A stretch of 48,863 nt of DNA from a virus (Duplodnaviria; Caudoviricetes). Below the pieces are notes generated by a model. That model had not been told where the DNA came from. It did not search any database and saw only the letters and a list, made by a program, of their open reading frames with translations. The translations under genes were made by a program, and so were the position numbers. Below are positions 10,095 through 19,202 of the stretch, one piece after another. Position 1 is the stretch's first letter. The number at the start of each line of letters is the position of its first letter. Where the stretch lies: positions 1 through 48,863 of IMG/VR virus record IMGVR_UViG_3300017766_005395; one strand, 5' to 3'.

Positions 10095-10479
10095 GTTGGA
10101 CATGGCGTTTCCCGTAGCAGACCCCGGCATCGTGCCTTGCGGCTCGCGGGTGCTGGTGCAGATTCGCTCGCCAAAGATGAAAACGGCCGGCGGCATCATC
10201 CTGCACACGGAAACCAAGGAAACCGAGAAGTGGAACACGCAGGTGGCCAAGGTCGTCTCGCTGGGCTCGCTCGCGTACCACAACCGCAACACCATGGAAC
10301 CTTGGCCCGAGGGCAGCTGGTGCGCTCCGGGGGATTTTGTTCGGGTTCCGAAGTACGGCGGCGACCGATGGGAAGTCTTGCTTCCAGACGGAACGCCGGT
10401 TCTTTATGTGATTTTCAACGATCTGGACATCGTGGGCCGAGTAACAGGCGACCCGCTGGCGATCCGGGCATTTTTGTGA
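10078..10479 (+). CDS. groES: GroES/Cpn10-like co-chaperonin
   Basis: PCGSRVLVQ..KTAGGIIL...AKVVSLG...GDFVRVPKYGG...IFNDLDIVGRV follows the Cpn10 pattern. Confidence 0.85.
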   Translation: MDKTSELDMAFPVADPGIVPCGSRVLVQIRSPKMKTAGGIILHTETKETEKWNTQVAKVVSLGSLAYHNRNTMEPWPEGSWCAPGDFVRVPKYGGDRWEVLLPDGTPVLYVIFNDLDIVGRVTGDPLAIRAFL

Positions 10480-10496
10480 GCTGAAGGAGCTGACTG

Positions 10497-11444
10497 ATGA
10501 GCAATGCGAATGACAAAGACGACGACGAAATCATTGTCGTAGAAACGCAAGAGCTGGATGCGTCCTCGCACGACGATGATGACGAAGACGACCTGACGCC
10601 CTCGGGCGACGATCGCTCCACCGCCTCCGAAGACGACGGGATCGAAACCGACGGCCCCTCGCTCCAAGAGCGCCGCCGGCTGGAGAAGAAGGAGCGCGCC
10701 GACCGCCGTAAAAAGGCCATGGAGCGCGACAAGATCGAGCTGAATTTCCTGCGCAGCCAAAACGACCAGCTGGAACGTCGCATGGCAGGGCTGGAAGTCA
10801 ACGCGCACGCGACACAAGTTGCCGGGTTGGACGCCGAGATCCGGGCCGCTCGCGCCGAGGCCGCTGCCGCCGAGCGAGTGATGGCCAAGGCAATCGAAGC
10901 CAAGAACGGAGCCGACGCCACCAAGGCGCTCAACTTCCGCGACAAGGCGCTCGAAAAGGCCGCCGCGCTGGAAGCTCGCAAGGCACAACAACAACGCCCG
11001 GCGCAACAAGCAGCCCCGACGGGACTTTCCCTCGCTGCTGCTGCAAAGGCGCGTCAGTTCCTGAGCGAGCACACGTGGTATGACCCGAGCGGCGCTGACG
11101 AGGACTCCGCCTTGGTGCTCGCGCTGGACAACGCCGTCACCCGCTCCGGGCTCAACCCAGAAAGCGACGATTACTGGGAGGCTCTGCGCGAGAAAGTGAA
11201 AAAGCGCCTGCCAGAGAAGTTCACCGCACCGGTCGCTCCAGAGCGCCGCAAGCCCGCAGGCGGTCCGCAACTGGGTTCTGGCCGCACAGGGTCCACGACC
11301 GGCGGCCGCCGTGAAGTTTATGTCTCGCCAGAACGCATTGCAGCTATGAAAGAGGCTGGCGTTTGGGACGACCCCGTGCTGCGAGCCAAGTATGTCCGTC
11401 GGTACGAGTCGTATGACAAGGAAAATAAAGGTAAGCGTGCATAA
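10497..11444 (+). CDS. probable scaffolding protein
   Basis: Acidic N-terminus, long coiled coil, basic C-terminus; upstream of capsid genes; GAAGGAG RBS. Confidence 0.6.
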   Translation: MSNANDKDDDEIIVVETQELDASSHDDDDEDDLTPSGDDRSTASEDDGIETDGPSLQERRRLEKKERADRRKKAMERDKIELNFLRSQNDQLERRMAGLEVNAHATQVAGLDAEIRAARAEAAAAERVMAKAIEAKNGADATKALNFRDKALEKAAALEARKAQQQRPAQQAAPTGLSLAAAAKARQFLSEHTWYDPSGADEDSALVLALDNAVTRSGLNPESDDYWEALREKVKKRLPEKFTAPVAPERRKPAGGPQLGSGRTGSTTGGRREVYVSPERIAAMKEAGVWDDPVLRAKYVRRYESYDKENKGKRA

Positions 11445-11449
11445 CTAGC

Positions 11450-11478
11450 TTGCCAGACCATCATAGATGCAGTTTAAT
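11450..11478 (+). promoter_or_regulatory. putative sigma70-like promoter TTGCCA-N17-TTTAAT
   Basis: Near-consensus hexamers with 17-nt spacer in an AT-richer intergenic gap upstream of the capsid genes. Confidence 0.5.
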
Positions 11479-11504
11479 AGCAGCAATCGCTGTAGGAGCG
11501 ACCA

Positions 11505-12029
11505 ATGAACGACGAACGAACCAAGAAATCTGCTGATAATCGTGACACCCGCGCGATGAATGACCGATCGGTCACCGAGGATCGCGCAATCTCTGACTCT
11601 GAGCGGGTTGAAGCGTTTCGCCAACAAATGTTTCAGTCAGCACTACCAGATTTACCGAAATTGACAGGCTACCACACATGCTGGTTGACCACGACCAATC
11701 CTCGTGACCCAATTCAGGCGCGCTTGCGCCTCGGGTACGAGCCGATCAAGCCCGAAGACATTGCGGGCTGGGAGTACCTGACGCTGAGAGGCGGTTCATG
11801 GGACGGGTTCGTCGGAGTGAACGAAATGTTGGCCTTCAAGCTGCCTTTGACGCTGTATGAAGCGTACATGAAAGAGGCTCACCACAACGCACCGCTCCAA
11901 CAGGAAGAGGGTATTGCCCGGAATGTCAAAGACATCGCCGCGCAAATCCGAGCCAAAGGGGGCCGAGTGGACGTGGGGAACGGTCTGTCTGAGCTGGTGG
12001 ACGAACGGTCGGCAAGTTTCGACCTTTAA
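11505..12029 (+). CDS. hypothetical head-module protein
   Basis: AGGAG RBS; LPKLTGYHTCWLTTTN...RLRLGYEP...VGVNEMLAFKLP; sits between scaffold and capsid genes. Confidence 0.7.
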   Translation: MNDERTKKSADNRDTRAMNDRSVTEDRAISDSERVEAFRQQMFQSALPDLPKLTGYHTCWLTTTNPRDPIQARLRLGYEPIKPEDIAGWEYLTLRGGSWDGFVGVNEMLAFKLPLTLYEAYMKEAHHNAPLQQEEGIARNVKDIAAQIRAKGGRVDVGNGLSELVDERSASFDL

Positions 12030-12056
12030 CTCAATCATTGATTCAGGAGATCTGCT

Positions 12057-12650
12057 ATGTCTTCGACTAGCGCACCCTGTGGCATCACGCCTGCGTTTCA
12101 CCCCTCGGGGCAGATCCGGGCCATGCCATACACAGTCGCGTCCACGTACGCGACCAACATCTTTCAGAACGATCCAGTCAAGCTCACCGACAACGGCGTA
12201 ATCCAACTCGGCACCTCTGACGGCACGCGCTCCGGCACTGTCGACGGCGTTGCGCTGTTGGGCACCCTTGCTGGCGTGCAGTACACCGACTCCCTCGGCA
12301 AGCCGACGTTCAGTTCTTACTGGCCCGGCGGCACCGTTGGCACGGACATCATCGCGTGGGTCTACGACGACGCCGAGATCCGTTTCCAAGTCGAATACGC
12401 CAATCCCTCTCCGGGCACCACAGTGCAAACTGCGGTCGGCGAAGAGTGCGATTGGACAGTGGCAACGCCCGGCGGCTCAACTCAGGTTGGTCTGTCCACA
12501 GCGGTGCTGACGGCCATCCAGGCAACTTCTGGCCAGTTCCAGATTGTCGGGTTCGCCAATAACATCAACGACACGCTCACCGACGCCTATGTACGGGTTC
12601 TCGTTAGAATTAACGAGCACCATTACAAAGCCGCTGTGAACTCGGTATAA
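12057..12650 (+). CDS. probable capsid decoration/cement protein
   Basis: Beta-rich 197 aa (APCG..P, NIFQNDPV, YDDAEIRFQV) immediately upstream of the MCP. Confidence 0.6.
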   Translation: MSSTSAPCGITPAFHPSGQIRAMPYTVASTYATNIFQNDPVKLTDNGVIQLGTSDGTRSGTVDGVALLGTLAGVQYTDSLGKPTFSSYWPGGTVGTDIIAWVYDDAEIRFQVEYANPSPGTTVQTAVGEECDWTVATPGGSTQVGLSTAVLTAIQATSGQFQIVGFANNINDTLTDAYVRVLVRINEHHYKAAVNSV

Positions 12651-12662
12651 GGAGAGAGCACA

Positions 12663-13577
12663 ATGGCTATTCCAATGCGCAGTACGGACTTTCGCTCGGT
12701 CGTTGAGCCGATTCTCAACGAAACATTCGATGGCGTGTACGACCAGCGCGCCGATGAGTGGCAGATGGTTTTCCGCGAAGAGCAGGGCATCCCCCGTTCT
12801 TACTACGAAGAGCCCGTGCTGTTCGGATTCAACTCGGCTCCCGAGCTGCCTGACGGCGCTCCGGTCGACTACGACTCCGGCGGCCAGCTGTTCGTGAAGC
12901 GTTACACCTACAAGGTGTTCGGCCTCGCGTTCGCTCTGACAAAAGTGCTGGTGGAAGACGGCGACCATATCCGTATGGGCCGCATCTTCTCCAAGCACCT
13001 CGCTCAGTCGCTGATCGAAACCAAAGAAACTCTGTGCGCCAACATCCTGAACCGGGCATTCACGGCCGGATTCGTGGGCGGCGACGGCGTGTCCTTGGTG
13101 AACAATTCGCACCCGATCGTTTCGGGGGTGTCCAGCAACCTGTTGACTACGGCTGCGGCCTTGTCCCAAACGCCTCTGGAGCAGATGCTGATTCAGATCC
13201 GCAACGCCACAGACGCCAACGGCAAGCGCATCCGCCTGACGCCCAAGAAGATCGTTACTGGCCCCAGCAACGTCTTCCAAGCCGAAGTCCTGCTCAACAG
13301 CGCGCTGCGCACCGGCACAGCCAACAACGACATCAACCCAGTGAAGTCCATGGGCCTGCTGTCCGAAGGCCAAGCCAACATCTCGCGAATCACTTCAACA
13401 ACCGCGTGGTTCATCAAGTGCGATGCGCCTGAAGGCCTGAAGCTGATGATGCGCCGCAAGCTGGAAAAGAGCATGGAAGGCGACTTCGAAACCGACTCCA
13501 TGCGCTACAAGGCTACCGAGCGTTACATTCCGGGTTGGACCGACTGGCGCGACCTGTGGGGAACTCCAGGACTGTGA
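12663..13577 (+). CDS. major capsid protein
   Basis: 304 aa with strong RBS; EGDFETDSMRYKATERY..GWTDWR C-terminus typical of this HK97-fold capsid family; followed by an intrinsic terminator. Confidence 0.85.
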   Translation: MAIPMRSTDFRSVVEPILNETFDGVYDQRADEWQMVFREEQGIPRSYYEEPVLFGFNSAPELPDGAPVDYDSGGQLFVKRYTYKVFGLAFALTKVLVEDGDHIRMGRIFSKHLAQSLIETKETLCANILNRAFTAGFVGGDGVSLVNNSHPIVSGVSSNLLTTAAALSQTPLEQMLIQIRNATDANGKRIRLTPKKIVTGPSNVFQAEVLLNSALRTGTANNDINPVKSMGLLSEGQANISRITSTTAWFIKCDAPEGLKLMMRRKLEKSMEGDFETDSMRYKATERYIPGWTDWRDLWGTPGL

Positions 13578-13583
13578 CCGCTG

Positions 13584-13625
13584 GCCCGCCGACCGAGTGC
13601 TACCCCGGTCGGCGGGCTTCTTTTT
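13584..13625 (+). terminator. rho-independent terminator
   Basis: 12-bp perfect stem GCCCGCCGACCG/CGGTCGGCGGGC followed by TTCTTTTT right after the MCP stop. Confidence 0.9.
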
Positions 13626-13657
13626 GAACAACACCAAATTATTGCAGGGGAAAGGAC

Positions 13658-14164
13658 ATGGCAATCACCAATCTTGACAGCTTGACTCTGTCTGAAGATC
13701 TCGTCACCGAAGGCGACGCAACGGTTGAAGGCTCGGCGACTGTCGTCGGTGCATTGACGGTCAGCGGCGGAATTTCTGGCAGCACAGCAGGGTCAGGAAA
13801 AATCACCCACGCAACTTCCGCAGCCATCAACGCGACGGCAACAGCGACAGCTGCGCAGGTGGCCACGGGCCGGATCACTTCGACTTCGGCAGCGCCAACT
13901 ACGATCACTCTGCCGACTGGCACTTTGCTTGGCGCGCAACTCGGTGCAGCGGCCGGCGACGTGTTCGATCTTTACATCGACAACACGGCAGGCGCCAGCG
14001 CAGTCACCATCGCGGTGGCCGTGAACGGCATCCTGTCCACAGCGGCCGCTGACACAGCAGGCAGCTTTGGCGACTTGACGGTAGCCTTCGGAGCCACGGG
14101 GGTTGCTCGGTACACCCTGATGTTCTCCAGCGCTACGGCGTACGTGTTTACCCGAACAGCTTAA
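13658..14164 (+). CDS. virion structural protein (A/T/G-rich, possible head fibre/decoration)
   Basis: Composition and position; TITLPTGTLLGA motif. Confidence 0.6.
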   Translation: MAITNLDSLTLSEDLVTEGDATVEGSATVVGALTVSGGISGSTAGSGKITHATSAAINATATATAAQVATGRITSTSAAPTTITLPTGTLLGAQLGAAAGDVFDLYIDNTAGASAVTIAVAVNGILSTAAADTAGSFGDLTVAFGATGVARYTLMFSSATAYVFTRTA

Positions 14165-14183
14165 CGCCCCGGAGGGCAGCGCC

Positions 14184-14507
14184 ATGAGACCCGTTTCGTT
14201 TACCGTGACTGGAACAGAGACGTCGGCGGTGTTCCCGCCAGACCACTACGTGAGTCCATTCAACGTCTCTCTTGGCGTGCTGGTCTCCGGAACGTCCAAC
14301 TACACAGTCCAATACACGTTTGACAACGTGTTTGCTGCAGGGTACAATCCCGCAACAGGCAGTTGGACTGACCACCCCTCGCTCACGGCTCAGGCGGCGA
14401 CCAAAGACAGCAACATCGCCTACCCCGTCACCGGCATCCGAATCAAGGCGAATTCGGGCGCCGGCACCTCCACATTGACCATCATCCAAGCAGGAGGTGT
14501 TGTGTGA
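14184..14507 (+). CDS. virion structural protein
   Basis: Beta-rich 107 aa (NYTVQYTFD...PVTGIRI...LTIIQAG) within the structural operon. Confidence 0.6.
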   Translation: MRPVSFTVTGTETSAVFPPDHYVSPFNVSLGVLVSGTSNYTVQYTFDNVFAAGYNPATGSWTDHPSLTAQAATKDSNIAYPVTGIRIKANSGAGTSTLTIIQAGGVV

Positions 14508-15070
14508 TCTCCACGACGATAGAAGGCCTCCCGGCTGGCGGTGCAGCCGACCAGCTGCTCAGTTTGTTGCAGGTCGTCTCCGACCCGGAGCTGTACGCGC
14601 AGCGCTTGGCCGCGTTGCAGGAACAGGTGGCGCTGAACAAGCAGCTGGTGGAGCTGGCAGGCCCGGCAAGCGACATCCTGTCCCTGAAAGCGACAGCGCA
14701 AGAGGCCAAAGACAAGGCCGTGGCCGAGCTGGACGACGCCAAGCGCGAAGCCAAGCGCCTCAAGCAAGTCGCAAAAGACTCCGCCGCCGCCGCGCTGACG
14801 AAAGCCAACGCAGAAGCGACCGAGCTGCGAGTGCAGGCCTCAGCAATCAAGACGGAAGCAGACGCCACGCTCGCAGCGGCCAATCAGCAATCCGAAGACG
14901 CTCGCGCAGCGCTGCAAAGCACCGAGAGCGAGCGGGTGCGCCTGACTGAGCTGCTAGCCTCGACGGAAACCTTGAAGACCGAGCTGGAGGCGACTCTGGA
15001 AGCGACCAAGCAAGAGCGCACCCGCCTCAAGGCGCTGCACGCCAAGCTGCTCAAGGACATCGGCCCGTGA
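14504..15070 (+). CDS. coiled-coil protein
   Basis: Heptad-rich A/E/K/L sequence; overlaps both neighbours by 4 nt. Confidence 0.65.
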   Translation: MISTTIEGLPAGGAADQLLSLLQVVSDPELYAQRLAALQEQVALNKQLVELAGPASDILSLKATAQEAKDKAVAELDDAKREAKRLKQVAKDSAAAALTKANAEATELRVQASAIKTEADATLAAANQQSEDARAALQSTESERVRLTELLASTETLKTELEATLEATKQERTRLKALHAKLLKDIGP

Positions 15071-15969
15071 CCGGAATTGTCGACTTCAGAACAGAGCTTC
15101 TGGACGAGAACGGAGATCCGATCTCCGCGTCGAATCCGTTGCCTGTCACTGGAGGAGGCGGCGGGGGCGGAACGCTTTCTGACACGGTCTTCATAGACTC
15201 GACCAACCAGCTGTTCGTTTACCGCGACACCGGCTCAGGAGTGCCGCTGGCCTACGAGATTCCGTCTTGGGCCTTGTACTCCCCGGTGGGCGCCGTGTCC
15301 GTGGCGGCGGGCTCGAATGCAGCAGCGAGTGCCACGGGCGCAGCTGTGCCGGGGTCTGCCGGGTATACGGGATTCAATAGCGGTGGGAACCTCGTCGGCG
15401 TCAGCTCGGCGAATCCGTTGCCTGTCTCCGTAGACAATTTCCCCGCGACTCAGGACGTCAGTGGCACCGTCTCTGTGGACAATTTTCCTGCCACGCAGGA
15501 CGTCAGTGGCACTGTCTCCGTAGACAATTTCCCCGCCACGCAGGACGTGAACATCGTTGGCGGATCGAGCGGCAACGCAGCAGCGGGCACCACGGGCGCG
15601 GCGGTCCCCTCCTCGGCGGACTATGTGGGCTACAACGTCGGCGGTAACCTTACTGGCGTGTCTGAGACAACCCCATTGCCGGTTGCTGAAGTCAACCAAG
15701 AACACATCCTGCTGATGTTGACTCGGATGCTCTCCGTGCTGGCCAAGCCGGCGAACTACGACGCTTCCCTGAACCGCCAAAGGATTACGGCGATCTTGGA
15801 GTCTGGCACAGTAACGACGGTGTCGACTGTGACGGGCGTCACGACAGTAACGACAGTAGCGACGGTAACCAACTTGACCAACTTCGGCACTGGGCGCGCG
15901 GCGACCGAGCTGCAAGACAACAACAACCGCACTGCATGGGCGCTGACCAACCGCGCGAGAATCACTTGA
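15067..15969 (+). CDS. fibre-like structural protein with internal repeats
   Basis: S.NPLPV motifs, three VSVDNFPATQDV units, Thr/Val-rich TVTTV tract. Confidence 0.6.
   Translation: MTGIVDFRTELLDENGDPISASNPLPVTGGGGGGGTLSDTVFIDSTNQLFVYRDTGSGVPLAYEIPSWALYSPVGAVSVAAGSNAAASATGAAVPGSAGYTGFNSGGNLVGVSSANPLPVSVDNFPATQDVSGTVSVDNFPATQDVSGTVSVDNFPATQDVNIVGGSSGNAAAGTTGAAVPSSADYVGYNVGGNLTGVSETTPLPVAEVNQEHILLMLTRMLSVLAKPANYDASLNRQRITAILESGTVTTVSTVTGVTTVTTVATVTNLTNFGTGRAATELQDNNNRTAWALTNRARIT
15424..15549 (+). repeat. 45-bp tandem repeat, about 2.8 copies (VSVDNFPATQDVSGT)
   Basis: Units start at 15424, 15469 and 15514 and differ mainly at synonymous positions. Confidence 0.9.
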
Positions 15970-15980
15970 GGTAACGCATC

Positions 15981-17606
15981 TTGGCAAACGCATTCAAGAA
16001 AGTGATCGATCAGCTGATCTGGCGCCAAGTCGCCCCGGCGCCGAATGCCCACGTAGCAGGGAGCTCGGTTTGCTCAGATTTGCGATCCGACATTTCACGC
16101 AATCCGTTCACTTATCAGTTGCTCAGCGCAGCGATCCTGAACAGATTCAACATCGTCACAAAGGGGTGGTCTTTCGCCGTCAACCCCGGCCTCGGCGGAA
16201 CCTTTGGAGCGGGAGCTTGTTCTGTGTTCGCGCCTTCCTTTGGTCTGGTCGGGACCATCGCTGCGGGCGCAACAACGACGTCCGTGACCTTGACGACCGC
16301 GCTGCCCACGGCGGTCGGGGCCAACATGCTGGCCAATCGAGGCGGCAGCGGCGAGTACGGATTCAAGTTGCGCATCATCGACAACGGCGCAGGCGGCTCT
16401 GGCAAAACAGCGGAGCGTTACATCGTTGGCAACTCCGCCTCAACGACGCCGCTCATAAACGTCCTGTCCACGTTCGGGTTCACCCCGGTCACCGGCTCCC
16501 GGTACGAAATTGTCGCTGGTCGAGTGATGATGCTCTCCGCAGGCACTCTTGCCGCCACTTCTTGGCGCTCATTCGAGGTCGCCAGCAACACTCTGGCTTC
16601 CATGACGCAGACCAACCTGCCAGCGACCATCGGCACCGACTCCGACATAATCGCGCTTGACGAGCAGTACACGCCTTACGACAACAGCCCCGGCGACGGA
16701 ATGATCAAAGGCGCGTACGTCTACGACACCGGCATCGTGACTCGCTATGCGCTGACCGCAACGGCCGCAGCAGCGGGCACCTTGACGGGCCAAGCCGCGT
16801 TGGGCGACTCGGGTGTGGTGGCCAACGAGTACCGCAACTTCCAGATTCGCATTGTTGAAGACTTGACCAACGTCACAGCGGTCGGCCAGCGGAGAGTGAT
16901 CGCGTCACACACGGCGGGTCCGTCTCCAGTCTACACGCTCGGCACCAACTGGACCGTGACGCCTTCCGCAACAGCGAAGTACGTCATCGAGTTGCCGAAC
17001 CTCGTTCTGGTGCGCTCGTCAGCAACGACGATCGTGTACACATACAACTACATGGACGCCACGATCAACAACGGCACCAACAGCATCGCAGCCAACGCAT
17101 GGTCCACGACTTACTTCGGGGCGGCTCCGGCTGTCAACGCGGCAGGCGGGATGTGGGCGCCTTCATGGGGAATCCAGCCAGACGTCGGCAACAACGCACG
17201 ACACTCGTTCTGCTACTTCTTCCGAGGAGGCGCGGCCACTCTGGACGTGCTGGACATCTCCGGAAGCATCACGGGAACGTGGACCGGCGCCATCACCTAT
17301 GACGGCAGTCCGGGCGCATTCCCTGCTATTGGCTCCTGCGGCGGCTATTCCCCCTTTGAAAACGAAGGGCGCATGTTTTACATGAACCTGTATGTCGCCT
17401 CTGCGATAAACCAGATGTACCGATTCGACGTTCAAAACCGCGTTCTGTCGCCTTTCGCGCCGACTGACACCGTGCAAGCCGGCACTGCCGCGACCGGGAA
17501 AAGAATCGCGTGCTACTGTGCCATCGACGGAACCGACACGTATGACGTGGTGTTCCTGTTGAATCATCTGTCAACGCTGGACCAAGAAATGGTGGTGTTG
17601 GTGTGA
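15981..17606 (+). CDS. beta-rich structural or receptor-binding protein (541 aa)
   Basis: TTG start after GAGG; two internal similar blocks (LRIIDN..G...ERYIVGNS / IRIVED..GQRRVIASHT); T/G/A-rich. Confidence 0.6.
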   Translation: MANAFKKVIDQLIWRQVAPAPNAHVAGSSVCSDLRSDISRNPFTYQLLSAAILNRFNIVTKGWSFAVNPGLGGTFGAGACSVFAPSFGLVGTIAAGATTTSVTLTTALPTAVGANMLANRGGSGEYGFKLRIIDNGAGGSGKTAERYIVGNSASTTPLINVLSTFGFTPVTGSRYEIVAGRVMMLSAGTLAATSWRSFEVASNTLASMTQTNLPATIGTDSDIIALDEQYTPYDNSPGDGMIKGAYVYDTGIVTRYALTATAAAAGTLTGQAALGDSGVVANEYRNFQIRIVEDLTNVTAVGQRRVIASHTAGPSPVYTLGTNWTVTPSATAKYVIELPNLVLVRSSATTIVYTYNYMDATINNGTNSIAANAWSTTYFGAAPAVNAAGGMWAPSWGIQPDVGNNARHSFCYFFRGGAATLDVLDISGSITGTWTGAITYDGSPGAFPAIGSCGGYSPFENEGRMFYMNLYVASAINQMYRFDVQNRVLSPFAPTDTVQAGTAATGKRIACYCAIDGTDTYDVVFLLNHLSTLDQEMVVLV

Positions 17607-17767
17607 AAATCGAAGAACTTGTGCAGCTAGGCAGTCACAAACTGATGCGCTTGAATGGCCAACGCGCCACTGCAGAGGCCGAAGGTGACCTGACCGCAAT
17701 TGGCGAGATTGACCTTTTGATTGCAGAGACAGAACAAACGCTGGCGAAGCTGCGCACCTTGGAGTGA
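17603..17767 (+). CDS. small helical hypothetical protein (54 aa, MKIEELVQL...AETEQTLAKLRTLE)
   Basis: GTGA overlap with the upstream stop; helical hairpin pattern; not in the ORF track. Confidence 0.6.
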   Translation: MKIEELVQLGSHKLMRLNGQRATAEAEGDLTAIGEIDLLIAETEQTLAKLRTLE

Positions 17768-17786
17768 CGCGGCAAAGGAGAATTGA

Positions 17787-17942
17787 ATGGCCACGAAACC
17801 GAAAGCAAAAACAGGCGGATGCGCATGCGGCGGCCACGTGAAGAGCGGTGCAAAGCTGTCTCGTTCCGAACAGGCGCTCTTGACGCAGGCAGTCAAGCAA
17901 ACCGCGCGCACCGGGCGCGCACCGGGCAAAACTAGCCGCTGA
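17787..17942 (+). CDS. small basic protein (51 aa, MATKPKAKTGGCACGGHVK...)
   Basis: AAGGAG RBS; K/R-rich; not in the ORF track. Confidence 0.6.
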   Translation: MATKPKAKTGGCACGGHVKSGAKLSRSEQALLTQAVKQTARTGRAPGKTSR

Positions 17943-17956
17943 GTCGGGAGCACCGA

Positions 17957-18949
17957 ATGGCCACCTCTGGCACTGTCGACACGACCAAGTTCAACGCGCT
18001 GAAGGTGATCGACACCGCCTTCCGCCGTTGCAAGGTGCTGCCGCAGACAATCACCTCTGACATGCTGACGTATGCAAAGGACTCCTTGCACTTGCTCCTC
18101 GGGTCGCTGGGCAATCCTCGGCCGCCGAGCTGGTGCATTGAGAAGGTGCTGCTGGCGATGGACGAGGCGAATCCGGTCGTGGAGTTGCCGGTGGGCACGA
18201 TCTCCGTGCTGAACCTCAATTACCGCGAGGTCCAAATTGTCGAGGGCACCGTGACGGAGCCTGCCGGATATTACGTGATCGAGTTCGCCGAGGCCACGAC
18301 GGTGTCGACCGTCGGGGTGAACTGGAATCCCAGCGGCCCAGATCCGCTGACGATGCAAGTTTCGGACGACGGGCTGACTTGGACGACCGTGGGCACGATC
18401 GAAAACGACGTCGCCAACAACGCCAATATCCTGCAGTGGACGGACGTGGCCGGCGCGCTGCCGCATCTGTTCTTCCGGCTCGTGGTGAGCGTGAGCGTTG
18501 TCGCGCTCAACTCGGTGGTGACTGGCAACACCCCGAGTGAGATCCCGATGGGACCGCTCAACCGCGACCAATACGCGCAGCAGAACAACCAGAACTTCCC
18601 CGGCCGACCGACCGTTTACTGGTTCCAGAGAACATTCCCAGTGATGCGCGTGAACCTGTGGCCGGCGCCCAACGCAGCAGCAGTCGCCGCGCAGCTGGTG
18701 CTGTGGCGGCACCGGCACATCATGGACGTCGGCGCGCTGAAGAACGATCTAGAGATCCCGACCCGGTGGCTCGAAGCGATCACGTACGCGCTGGCGGTGC
18801 AGCTGGCGGAGCAAACGCCCGAGGTGAAGATGGACGTCACAGCCTACCTCACCAGCCGGGCCGGCGCCACGATGCGGGAGGCGTGGGAAGGCGACGGGGA
18901 CGGCTCGTCGACGTTCATTCAGCCCAATATCGCTCCTTACACGAGGTGA
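17957..18949 (+). CDS. head-tail adaptor-like protein with inserted beta-sandwich domain
   Basis: MATSGT...IDTAFRRC start, LNRDQY...GRPTVYWFQR...LWPAP and LEIPTRWLEAI..LA end; central MQVSDDGLTWTTV is discoidin-like. Confidence 0.6.
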   Translation: MATSGTVDTTKFNALKVIDTAFRRCKVLPQTITSDMLTYAKDSLHLLLGSLGNPRPPSWCIEKVLLAMDEANPVVELPVGTISVLNLNYREVQIVEGTVTEPAGYYVIEFAEATTVSTVGVNWNPSGPDPLTMQVSDDGLTWTTVGTIENDVANNANILQWTDVAGALPHLFFRLVVSVSVVALNSVVTGNTPSEIPMGPLNRDQYAQQNNQNFPGRPTVYWFQRTFPVMRVNLWPAPNAAAVAAQLVLWRHRHIMDVGALKNDLEIPTRWLEAITYALAVQLAEQTPEVKMDVTAYLTSRAGATMREAWEGDGDGSSTFIQPNIAPYTR

Positions 18950-18952
18950 GCC

Positions 18953-19192
18953 GTGCCAAGATTCCTGGACACGAGAGGGAAGGCCACGCTGGGCATAGGG
19001 TTGTGCGGGCGGTGCTCGCGGAAATTTCCTTTGGGCGAGCTCAGCCCTGACCCCAATTACCCAGCCTTGATGGTTTGCGCTGCGGACAAGGACGATTACG
19101 ACCCATATCGCCTCGCTCCGCGCGCGCCAGACCAGATCGTGCTTCCGTTTGTTCGTCCAGACAGGCCGCTGACCGGCCTTCCCGAAGAGTGA
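18953..19192 (+). CDS. small Cys-containing (CxxC) protein, probably structural
   Basis: GLCGRCSRKF...LMVC..DKDDYDPY...RPD. Confidence 0.65.
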   Translation: MPRFLDTRGKATLGIGLCGRCSRKFPLGELSPDPNYPALMVCAADKDDYDPYRLAPRAPDQIVLPFVRPDRPLTGLPEE

Positions 19193-19202
19193 GGAGAGAC
19201 CC

